Shown here piece after piece: positions 38,163-49,648 of a stretch of 64,000 nucleotides of DNA (position 1 is the stretch's first letter; every line of letters starts with the position of its first letter). The DNA lies in NCBI GenBank assembly GCA_030704615.1, contig CM060734.1:19778001-19842000 (forward strand), given 5' to 3'. A program made the translations under genes and the position numbers. The notes under the pieces were generated by a model that worked only from the letters and a program-made list of their open reading frames with translations, did not search any database and was not told where the DNA came from. This stretch comes from Takakia lepidozioides. Its lineage: Eukaryota > Plantae > Bryophyta.

Positions 38163-41100
38163 ATGGGGAACAAGAAGAACAAGTATAGGGTAAATGGAGA
38201 GGTAAGACCAGGCCCCCAAAAAAGGGCAAAACTGGCTTTGTTGGCTGCAGCCAAGCCCACCGAGGATGCACGCCATGCTGACCAGAAAAGAATGTATAGG
38301 GAGAGACTTCAAGCCCAAAAAGAGGCAGAGATTAATGCGGCTACTACAACGTCTGGGCAAGGTTCTGTGGAAGATGCCAGGGTGGGGTTTGGAGAACGAG
38401 ACAAGAGGAGAATAGCTTTGAAAATGGCCGACTTCTGTTACAAGCAATTGAGGGAATGCCCAACACTTCATTCACAAACAGAGGTAATGGAGTTATTTTT
38501 GGGTCACCATCTCATTAAACTCAGCTTACCTGCCTATGACTTGCCGCCTAAGGAGGCCAAGGCGCATGCAGATCTGTTGAAGAACCAGCAGAGCTCCATG
38601 CAACTTGTTAAGGATGTGCAGTCTTTAGATAAGCTTGCGAGTAAATGCTCATTCTTAACAACGTCTGTTAGTGGAACCCAGACCACTGCTGTGAGGGCAA
38701 CGGCTCGTATCCTTAATATTCATCATAGCAATATTAGTCGTGCAATTGTACGATGAAGAGTCATTGATTCAGAAGGTGAGGGTTTGTGGGCTTTGGGTGG
38801 GAGAAAGAAAAGGTCTGATCATGTACCAGATGCGACCCGAGCGATCGTTTTGGCTTGGTGGGTAAATGAGACACGAGTGTCACCCAACAAGAAAGATGTC
38901 GTGAGGCAGTGCGTATCGAGGAAAGTCTATGATACACAACTTGCTCACTATCTTCTTGAGACTCAGGTAAGCGAACCCTCTCTTTACAGTGTTTGTGTGG
39001 GCTCTCAGTACTTTACAATCCTTCTACACTTACTACTGTACATAACTGTATTGGACTATGTTGGAGTTTGTCAACTGCCATTGTGTTGTTTGGGTTGCCT
39101 CGTACATTTTCCCTAGACAAGGTACATCGTCACCTGTAAACCTACCAGTGGACTGAGATTACTGAACTCAATTGTGGACACTATGTCCAGCTCATGTCCT
39201 GAATTGGAGTGTCTTGAAGATGTCCCTCTTGTTCATGGACTGTTACTCATTGTAAACAGGCCTGGGATGGACTAGAAGTACGACTCACTAGCATGCACTC
39301 CTTATATTATGACTAGATAGGACAAAATAGCATGCACTCCATGTAATTTGATTTGGAGGGACTAGAAGTCGATGTACATGTACTCCATTAGTACATGCAC
39401 TCCTTGAAATGTGACTAGAAAAGGACAATGACTAGGACTAGGACCGATTTGGACATGCATTCCTTGATATGTGACTAGAAAGAAGTAGGACTAGGACTGA
39501 TTAGGACATGCATTCATTGGTATGTGACTAGGACTAGAACTAGGACTGGTTAGTACATGCATTCCTTGATATGTGACTAGAAAGGACTCACACTCGGACT
39601 GATTAGTACATGTACTACTTCATATGTGACTAGGAAGGACTAGGTCTAGGACTACTAGGACTGATTAGTACTTGTACAATTTGACATGTGATGAGAAAGG
39701 ACTATGACTAAGACTAGGTCTAGGACTGGTCTAGGTCTAGTAGTAGGTATTCTTAGTGCATGCACTAAATGGGATTCTCTTTGTGCATGTTGTGGTGGCA
39801 ATGCAGACTGCTTTCTTTCTTCGCTTCAAATCAGCCCATCCCAATGTCAAAGTGGGTCAACGATTGTTTGAGTTGTTGAGGCCATTCTTTGTCAAACGCC
39901 TGAAGGATCGTAATGTTTGCTGCAAATATCATGTGGAGATGGCGGAGTTGAAGGATGGGTTCAACAACATGCGGAGAGGGGTGTCCACTCTCCATCATCA
40001 TGTACTTGTGACTGTAATATTTGTTGACGTGGACCAGTATTAGATGGTGAAGCTGGTTGTCAAGCGAACAAGCACCCCTACAAAGGAGTGACTTGGCTTT
40101 GGCAAGAAATTGTTTGTCCCAAAGGGGAATTGGATGAATGGCATCGGCGAGACTGTCTCATGGGAGAGTGCTTGAGGTGTGGCTCAAGTAAGTTATCTAT
40201 TTGTCCCGTGGAGGCAAATGGTTGTGATTTGACAGTGCAGTGGAGATGCTATGCAAAAGAGAATGTTGGGGAGAAAGATGGAGCCCCTAGAATGAGACTG
40301 AAACTCCAATACCAAACGACTTCCTCTGTTGAATTCTTGTCGTACTTCAAACCCAAGCTACAGGCTTTTGTTCGTCATAACTTTGTAGCCTGATGGCAAG
40401 ATGCTCAGTTTAAAGCCAGTTTGAAATCTTTGCCAGAGAATACAAGATTGTCTGTTGTTGACTTTGCTGAAAACTACACTTTTACAGTTCAGAATGAAGT
40501 GCAAGAGATGCACTGGCACAGTTTCCAGATCACTATATTGGTGCACATTACCTACCGGTGGAATCCACACCCTGATGTGAATGATCCCGATTCCAAGGTT
40601 TTGAAAGAAATGCACTTTTACATTTCTGATGACAACAAGCATGACACGCTGTTCGTACAACATTGCTTTCGGTTTCATTGGAATTACCTTGCTGAAGCAG
40701 GGTTCAGACCTGAATCGCATTGGGTATGGAGTGACGGTTGTGCTGCTCAGCTTAAAGGTGCTCGTCCTTGGTATTTTGTTAGTAGGTACCCCCACATCAC
40801 AGGGGGTTGCACAATGTGGTGGAACTTTTTTGGATCAGGGCACGGGAAAGGTGAGCACGATGGGGCTGGTGCTGTGATCAAGAGGGCTTTACGAGCAGAG
40901 CAGTTAAACTCAAATGGTGTGAAGCTGCAAAATGCTGCTGAGGCAGTAGCTTTTTTGCTCAAGAACCTGTCCACCCGACCTCCTTCTTCGTACTCTAAGA
41001 TTAGAAAAGCAGTGAAAAGACATTTTTGGCTTGTTGGTACAGAAGATGTTGACCGTACACAAGAGTGGGATTGCAAGACCGTACCTGGAACTCGGTCTTT

Positions 41101-41716
41101 ACATTCCATTCTTGGGAGGAACAAGTCAGACCCAACCAAACTTATGGTTCGAGACTTAGCATGTTTTTGTCCACATTGTTTGGATCTTGATTGGGACAAC
41201 TGCATCAGTATTGCTCATGCACAAAAATGGAAGTTGCAAACCCTGCAACCTACAAATACAACTACTGTCCGGAGGCAGATTGAAGAAGAAGGGGATGAAG
41301 AACATGAGTTTGGGGGAGATGGGGAGGACTTGGCCTCCTGCTTGGATGCTGGGGACAATTTTGCCTGCAATGCTGAAGCTGGAAACTCAGAAGGGGTGGA
41401 CTTCTACTTGCTCTGTTGTGAAAGGCCGGTTCACGTTGTTATGGAGACATTCACAGATGGGTGGGGAAGTACTTTTGACCCTGGCGAGCATGTGGTTGTA
41501 GGGAGATATTACCAGTTGTGTGGAAGAAGAGATAAGGCTTACAAGTTCCTATCTGACCAGCCTTTGGCATTTCTGTATTCGCATTTGGTGAGGGCTATCA
41601 AATTTGCTATGCCTCCAGCGACATATCGAGTCAAAGGCAAGGATGCAGTCTTCACCTTGTCTGCGGATGCATTGGAAGGCATCAATGAAGCTCTGGCAGC
41701 AATGGAAGATCGCTAA
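38163..41716 (+). pseudogene. Sola2-like DDE transposase, two exons, several stops
   Basis: DFAENY..QNEVQEMHW, ISDDNKHD, WSDGCAAQ, FFGSGHGKGEHDGAG motifs. Cys-rich segments. Intron 38967-39806. Stops at 38754 and 40391. Confidence 0.72.
39260..39745. repeat. GACTAG(G/A)-rich tandem repeat inside the Sola2-like intron
   Basis: Repeated CATGCA(C/T)TCCTTGA..TGTGACTAG..AGGACTAGGACT units. Confidence 0.8.
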
Positions 41717-43693
41717 GATGGCATGTTGCAGGCCAATCCATGGTTGACGGGCAACTTCCCTTATCGGGATGGGGTCCAATTCTCCCTTGGGTTATGTAAC
41801 TCAAATATGTAGCAATGTGAATTACAAGTTGCTTGTGAGCTGAGAGACTGTTTTCGGAATTTGTATGTATGTAGCTTTGTTATTTGGCCGCAGATTATAA
41901 TTCATAATCTATAATCTATCTTGCAAGCTATGGCTGAAGAGGCTGTGGCTGTGGCCAAATTTGTTACTGTTCAATTGAATGTGCCTGGTGACTAGAATTC
42001 CCGCACTAGTGCTGTGGTGTATCACTTCACAAGGCGGGGAATTTCAATTTAATGTGTCTGGTTTTCTTTCTGTGATTGGTTTCTTGTTATTTGGAGTGTG
42101 TCTGCCTTCCTCTCTGATCACACAATCTGTTGTCCTCCCCCTTCTCATACCAACTGGTTGGCAAAGGTGCCTGGCTACGAAGATATGGCAAAACCTCATC
42201 ATAAACCCTACAACTTGTCATACTTCCTGGTCCTTTCAAAATTCCACACCCTCGTTTTGGATAAGAAAGTGGAGAAGATCATAGCTGTAAAAATAAGGCA
42301 CATGTTCCTCAAGGCACATGATCCTCAACGCGCTGAAGCCGGGCGCCATTCTAGTCTGAGTTGCTAATAGCCTTCCAAACATAGTGGGACAATCAAGTGG
42401 AACAGCAGCAGACCTGCTATCATACTGTCTTGATTCCCTCTTCAAAGTTAAGCCATCCTTGCATATTGAACTGCATGCATTAAATCATACACACAAGTAA
42501 TTTTTGGGCTTGGATGAAGTTGAGAGATACTATCAAACTCTCTGAAGAATTAGGCAGGCAGCACTACAAATCACATTTATGTGCTCAATTGAGCGAAGGT
42601 AGATTGCTTAGTGCTGCCATTACTGAGGTATATTCTGTTTAGTGAGTTGATTAGTGTCTTGACTTGGGGTACAGAACCAGCTTGTCTCCTGTAGAGAGGG
42701 GAATGATGGGAATGATGTCTGTTGGCCAGGCTTCGGTCCGCCATACCAGGGATCTTCACAAGGAGCTAGACTAATTACCATTGAGAGATGGAGACTTGTA
42801 TTGTTGGTGTCCGATTGCAGTTTTGTAAATGAACTATCAGAGTCAAGCAAAGGAGGATAGAGGTACGCAACCGGATGTAGCCATACCATCCACCAGTTAG
42901 TCAAATTTCAGGCGCAGACTCTGTTAAACCCACGCATGTTGGAGAATTGTAGCACAGGCAGGAAAAGCAACGGGCCTTTCAAAGCCATCTTTCTCACATA
43001 GAATGAATGACAGTAGACTGCCTGCACGAAGGTATTCTAGCAATTCCTATCAGAAACAGATAGCAAAATAGAGTGCATTGTTTTCAAAAACCACTGTCAT
43101 GATATTGCTGCCTTACTCAAACATGTACAGCATACCTATCAGCAGAAAATGAACAAAGAACAGTAATGTGCATGCCCTCAATCCATGTCATGTGTCCATT
43201 GTGAGCTACTCGAGAAACCACAAGGGCAAATCCACATCACATGACTTGGTTGGGCACCTAATGGTAACAACTAACACATCCTCTGCCAGTTCTAAACTGC
43301 TCAACATTGACATATCGTGGCACCAACCTCTACCCCATCGATGAAAGACTAGCCTTTGCTTGGTGCCTGCCTCCCAAAGTGGCCAGGTCATAAATGAACA
43401 AGTACTGATGACGAGACGAGACCTGTCCCCACAATGACAGCAGCGAGTGGTAAAGTCCTCAAAGGGGCGGTCTGCTAATCACATGCCCTGCATTGCCACC
43501 CACAATGCTCAAGATCTTACTATACTTCTGTCTCATAATTCAGCACTAGACGTGTACCAGATGTATGTCCTATATATCATGCATAGAGGAGTTAAATTGC
43601 ATCAGAAACTTGAGCATGAATTGGCAAAATAACAACCAAGAGTTATTCTAACATTAGTGATAAAAGCATAAGTGTACAGTACTCAGCTTGTAC

Positions 43694-43800
43694 CTAGTTG
43701 ATATGTTTTCTTTTCTTCTTCTTAGGGCCTGCACCAGAAGAACCTGCATCCATCTTCAAGTTAGGTGGGGTCTTGACAGTATTAAGGGACTTGACAACAG
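43694..43800 (-). pseudogene. Displaced 3' end of the RING gene interrupted at 17867
   Basis: Minus strand reads VVKSLNTVKTPPNLKMDAGSSGAGPKKKKRKHIN*, continuing the repeat peptide broken at 17867. Confidence 0.8.
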
Positions 43801-44015
43801 GGGGGCTGCTATTTCATGAGCGGCATGAGCATGAGCGGCATGAGCATGAGCAGACCATTGTGAGTCCACGGAAATAGGGTTAGGAGGCACGGAAATAGGG
43901 TCATGTGAAGTTGGAATGTGGCACCAGTGGACTTGAAATGCAACATTTTATTGCAAATTTTGTGGCAAGCCACGTCTATACAAGTGTGTTCTAACTGTCA
44001 TAGCCGGAATGGGCA

Positions 44016-47000
44016 CTACTCTCCTACACCCTCCGAGGAACTTGCCCCACCTTCTTCCTCATCCCCCTCATCCCCCTCATCCTCCGAGCTCTGTGATGCA
44101 TCAGTTCCACTATGCCTCTCAAAAATCCCGTCCTCTCCTTGGGGGACTGTCCACCTCACCTCCTGGGAATCTTCTGCGTCTTCTCCCCCACTTTCCTCAG
44201 CAGAATCCAACACAAATCTACGAGCCCGACGGGCTCTAATAGCTGCTGCCTCCTCCGTCATCTTCATTTTCTTGAGGCTTGCCTCGTCTAAAATCTGCTG
44301 TACACGACTACGTTCGGAACACCTCCTAATGGACACCGAAGCAAGCCGGGCAGCATAAGTAGGAAGGATGTACTCCCTTTCTGGACTAGGCATGAAATCC
44401 CCCCTGGCAAAAAAAGGCACGTTCCTCCTGCCCATGAACTCCGGTGTAGACGTCCCTCCGGCAGTACTTGGCATCCTACAGTAAGAACAAATCCACTTGA
44501 AGAATGTCAATACCAGCACAACCAGAAAGGGTTTTCAATGAAATAAGAGAGCGGAGGGAGGTGCCTCACAAAATCTGGAGGCAACTTACAATGCCACCAC
44601 TCACTCGTAAACCGGGGGCTCCTCGGCCTCGATCCCAACTTCCTCCCCCTGCTCCTTCTCGGATTTTTCCTCATCCTCCGAGGATGCCTCTTCCTCTTTC
44701 GGCAGACGTTCAGCCGCTGCAAGTTCCGAGTTGTGGAGGGCAGTATCTGGCTCGAAGGCGAACACATGCCTGTCGGACAACGTCCCTGCCCACATTGAAG
44801 CACCTGAGGAACAAAGCGGGCGGTTAATAGCTTGCGGCATGCAATTGCAATGGGGCCAGGGGACAAACTGAGCACGTGAAGGCTTACCCGTGCTGCATGT
44901 GAGGTCCAGAATCCGCCCGTGGACATCCGAGCACGTCTCCATGAGGGTTTGGATGAAAGCAGGGCTCCGGGTCCGGCTGTACCGCCACGGTTTGCCTGTC
45001 TTTGTGTCCTTCGGCATACTAGAGTGGGGCACATAGTTGTAGAGGACATCGTAGGTTACAGGGTCCACAGCGGCATCAACAAGACGACCGTCGTTGCGGA
45101 ATTTGAACGTAGACCCTCTCTTCACAAAGCAATATGCCTCAAACACCAATGTCTGCACATCCAACAAAGAAGGGATCAATTCCAGGGTCTACTTAACATA
45201 CACCACAATATGAAGTGAATGCAATAGATTGATAACTTACACTTTGGCCCTCTGTTCGCAACCCCTGCGTACTGATGCACAACCATTTTCTGAGGAGGAC
45301 CGGGGTGACACTTTTCGGTGTCCACCTTGCCACCGCATTCTCTGTGGTCTTCCCTCTCGTGGCAAAGACAACCACACATCCACCGTCATCCAGAAGCATC
45401 CCCGCCAGCCCAAACCCGGCTTTCCAGTAGTCCTCAGTAAACCTGTTCCAGGTGGGCACACCATCCAGGCCCTCCAGCAGCTCCCCATCTGGAATGTCGA
45501 GGAGAATCATGTCGCAAGCTCTCTCCACCTCAACCCCCCCCCCCCCCCGAGTGCTCTTGCAATTCGTGCTCACAGCCGTGAAGAATTCCATCATGGCTTC
45601 AAAACCAGGGGTGTCTTTAGGCTCTGTACCGGCAGCCCTCTTCTTGGCTTTCCCCTTCTGCTCCGCCAGAGACTTGTTGTGTGCCACCTTCTTCGCCCTG
45701 GCAGCGAGAGCGTCAAGGAAGCTCTCATTGACGCATTGGATGATGGTTGGAGGTTCTAGCTTTGGCCTGTGCGTAAACGTCACCGCCGAATACCGCCGTG
45801 TAGGCTCGCCCTCAAATGCCAACTTCTTGGCAGAGCCAGTCCCACTCCGAACTGACTTGGGAACCCGGACGACCGGTGACTGGGTAGGAGCAACAGCAGT
45901 CGCAGGACCTTGAACAAAATCGGCGTCGGAGTCACTCTCTTGGGTCCCCTCCTGCGCCTCCTCCGATGCCCCGATGGTTTTCTTCTTTTTGGGTGTTACT
46001 GCAGTCACCTGTTTCCTTGTCCTTTTCCTTTGACCTTTACTCTTCTCATGCAATTTCTCCTGAATTCCTGCCTGAGCAAGCTCTGCCGCTTTCCTGGAGT
46101 TCGCAAGCGCTTTTGCCTCTTTTGCACCCAACGGAGGCAGCGGAGCCCGGTTTCGTCGGAATTCAGCATCCAGCTTCAATTGAAACTCGGATGGGTCGAG
46201 CGAGCCGGGCGGAAGGTCCACATACCAAGGGCAATCACGCAAATGTTCCAGATGCCACTCCTTCACAATATCGTCAGTGTACATGGAGTCAGCCCTAGGG
46301 TTCCTCCATGCCAGGAAGAATGGTGGCTCGAAAGACAGATGACCTTTCTCCAAAAGGGAGAACTTACAGTACCTGCATTCATGAAAAACACAATGAGGTC
46401 CGAAAATGGCTAAGTCCCTGAACGGCAATAGGGCCTACAACTGGAATATGGCGCCGAATTTCCACTTCAGGGCCACCCAGTCTAGGGACTTAGCCCGAAA
46501 ATGGCTAAGTCCCTGAACGGCAATAGGGCCTGGAACTGGAAAATGGCGCCGAATTTCCAGTTCAGAGCCAGCCAGTCTAGGGACTTAGCCCGAAAATGGC
46601 TAAGTCCCTGGACGGCAATAGGGCCTGGAACTGGAAAACGGCGCCGAATTTCCAGTTCCGGGCCAGCCACCCTAGGGACTTAGCCCGAAAATGGCTAAGT
46701 CCCTGGACGGCAATAGGGCCTAGAACTGGAAAACGGCGCCGAATTTCCAGTTCCGGGCCAGCCACACTAGGGACTTAGCCCGAAAATGGCTAAGTCCCTG
46801 GACGGCAATAGGGCCTAGAACTGGAAAACGGCGCCGAATTTCCAGTTCCTGGCCAGCCACCGTAGGGACTTAGACCGAAAATGGCTAAGTCCCTGGACGG
46901 CAATAGGGCCTGGACTGGAATATGGCGCCGAATTTCCACTTCAGGGCCAGCCAGTCTAGGGACTTAGCCCGAAAATGGCTAAGTCCCTGAACGGCAATAC

Positions 47001-48211
47001 GGCCTGGAACTGGAAAAGGGCGCCGAATTTCCAGTTCAGGGCCAGCCAGTCTAGGGACTTAGCCCGAAAATGGCTAAGTCCCTGGACGGCAATAGGGCCT
47101 AGAACTGGAAAACGGCACCGAATTTCCAGTTGCGGGCCAGCCACAGGCCGAAAATGGCTAAGTCCCTGAACGGCAATAGGGCCCAAAACTGGAATATGGC
47201 GCCGAATAACCACTTCAGGGCCAGCCAGTCTAGGGACTTAGGCCAAAAATGGCTAAGTCCCTGAACGGCAATAGGGCCTGGAACTGGAAAATGGCGCCGA
47301 ATTTCCAGTTGCGGGCCAGCCAGTCTAGGGACTTAGCCATTTTCGGAGCCCTGACTGGAAATTCGGCGCCATTTTCCCTAACACCACTTGAGGCCTCTAA
47401 CATCCTGAAATGCCAGGACTTGAAAGAAAGGCAGCGCGTATGTACCTGTACAGAAGGCGCATTGCTGCTTTGTCCGCGTTCGGCTGGTCGGTGAACTCGT
47501 GGCTCCGGCGAGCATCTGCTATCTCCCGAAAAAATAGGTTGGTTTTGTAGAGCAGAAAGTACCTCGTCACATAGTCACGTAGGCTCTCTGCTGCAGGAGA
47601 TATCTCCATCTTGAACTGATGTGCTTGTGTGTCCAGCTGCTCTTGCGCATTCGTCGTCACTTGTGGAGATTGTCCATCAGATCGCTTTCCTCAAAAAATA
47701 CAATGAATCCACCCCCTACTAGAGTAGAAGCCCCAAACGAAGCGTGGGGAAGTACCTGAAACCACCATGTCATGCGGTTCATCCACATGTCGAATGTGGG
47801 GTCAGAGAGTTTGTCCGGTTTGGGGAAGCTCCACATGTCCCTGGTACTTTGGGAACCATTCCAGATTTGGAGCCACCGGGTCTGTCCAACCACCCAGCAT
47901 ATTCGTAAGCGCCAAACACCACAAAAAGGAGTTGTTGCCACCACAATTTTGTTAAGAATGTATCACCTTTTCTGTTGCATCCACACAGGATGTGGCTAGA
48001 CGATGGAGCTTCTCCAATGTCATCGTGGGCTTCAGAGCGCGAGAGTAGTGCTTCCCCACCTCCACCAGAAAGTCGGCACCAAGGGCGGGATCAGCTATGG
48101 CCACGTACTTTACCATCCGCGACTTGTACTTTATGCGGGCCCTCACCTCCGCAGCTTTGACATACGATTCGAGTTCCGGGAGGGTTGGATTCTTCTCCTC
48201 TGAAAGGTTGT
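44016..48211 (-). pseudogene. 3' exons encoding a helical domain, basic linker, beta-class amino-DNA-methyltransferase-like domain and acidic tail
   Basis: DMILLDIPDG (DIPDG at 45484-45498, motif IV-like), LLDDGGCVVVF, EAYCFVK, RSPAFIQTLMETCSDVHGRILDLTCSTG|ASMWAGTLSDRHVFAFEPD (motif X-I-II-like, split by a GT-AG intron). Exons at 47400-48211 align with copy-1 1-656. Confidence 0.78.
46398..47375. repeat. 95-bp tandem array in intron 46373-47445 with GGAAAAYGGCGCCGAATTTCC and GGGACTTAGC-N9-GCTAAGTCCC palindromes
   Basis: About 10 units; palindromes near 46443, 46538, 46633, 46728, 46823, 46917, 47012, 47107. Confidence 0.93.
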
Positions 48212-48500
48212 TTCTCGTCTATATGACACATACATCCATTATGAATTTGAATAACCCATTCAAACAACTTTGTTGAGGTTCAACTTTGGTCCATATGTGC
48301 TTAAGTACGTATAGATCACATACACAAAGTTGCAAGCGAAGAAAAAATCATTTGCCCCCGAACGACTCGTTAAACCTTTCAACCAATTTTCAATCATGAA
48401 TCATTTAATAGGGGAACTATTGGTTCACCCTTAGAACCATTTTAGATTGACCTCATACTTGTCCGGTAACTTAAAGAGGGCATGTACAAGAATGCAGGTG

Positions 48501-49352
48501 GTGAGACCTGCCCTCCCAGGCGATATCGACAAGCTGAAATTCTCTTTCCGGGATGGATATCGAATGGGGTCTGCCGCCTTTTACGTTTCCATTGAGAACG
48601 ACCACGGAGCTTCCCGTGCCCACACTTCCGATGAGGTGGACAAATGGGGTCCCCATTGGCAAACGCGAAATGAGGAGTTCGAGAGATCGATTGCTAGTGA
48701 TCCTCTTTTCCAGCACATGCCCGGTAAGATGTTCTACGTGTGGGACGGCAATCATCGCCTCCTGGCATGGATGGAGCACATTGCCCAAGCCCACCCCAAC
48801 GATCTCGATTGGCATTTCGCCGTCGATTGTGTTGTGCTGAAGGTTGCGGGGCCCAAAGATCGCAGTCTTCTCAAAGCTGCAATGGCCGACATCAACTCGT
48901 AAGCTACAACCCCTCTCGCTTTTGGACTTTGAATTTGGAAGTCATTTCATTGCGAATCCTCATATATGATGAAAATTCCCATTTCAGTATTGTTTGATGG
49001 AAATGTGGCACTGCAGGGTGACTGAGAATGCCTTCATTGCCACCAACTTGTCCCATATGCTCTTCCGAGTGAAGGATGTCGGGAAGCAGGGGGTGCAAGA
49101 GTTTGCCAATTCCCTCAGTGCCGACCTCCTGCGCAAGTCGGAGGCAAAGGCAGACAGAACCTGGTATAGGCTGAGCGTCGACGCCATGGTGGACTACATA
49201 TTTCGGGTAAAGCTCATGACAGTTTTGTTGAGCTAATCTGTCTCTCCTCCCCCAATAGAAGAAATTGTGTTGAGCAGGATCTCTAATCTTATGTGCGCAT
49301 TCTTGACAGACGAAAATACAGCAGGATTTGGCACATGCGCGGAGGTTCTACA
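48501..49352 (+). pseudogene. Middle exons of copy-2 gene containing the ParB/Sulfiredoxin-like domain
   Basis: VRPALPGDIDKLKFSFRDGY...FYVWDGNHRLLAW (~48735-48770). Introns 48899-49016 and 49207-49309. Homologous to copy-1 660-1310. Confidence 0.82.
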
Positions 49353-49648
49353 GAATTGTTTTTAATTCCATTCTGAAGCCATATGCTTGATAACAACATG
49401 AAGAGTTGCATGCAAAATATCACCCCAAAGTTTCAAATCAATCTAAAATCATTTGGCAGGGGAACAATTGGTTCACCCATTGACCCGGTGTACACTGTCA
49501 CTCTTCAAGATTCGTGGGTGTGGTGCTTGATTATCCCATATGATGGACCCAGTTGCCATGACCAAGTAACAAACCATTAAAATATTATGGTACGAGACAA
49601 ACACAATTGAAAACAACATTTATTCAAACATGATGTACAGTCAGAGGT

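Larger units (their letters stand above)
43801..48211 (-). mobile_element. Copy-2 right segment (inverted): TIR plus 3' exons of ParB-MTase gene
   Basis: TIR 43801-43855 with CATGAGC repeats; TSD partner 43793-43800. Confidence 0.85.

Noticed and set aside
48447-48902. Bacterial contamination as the source of ParB/MTase
   Set aside because: The domains are split by GT-AG introns (ParB-region intron positions shared between the two copies) and embedded among plant-type TEs.
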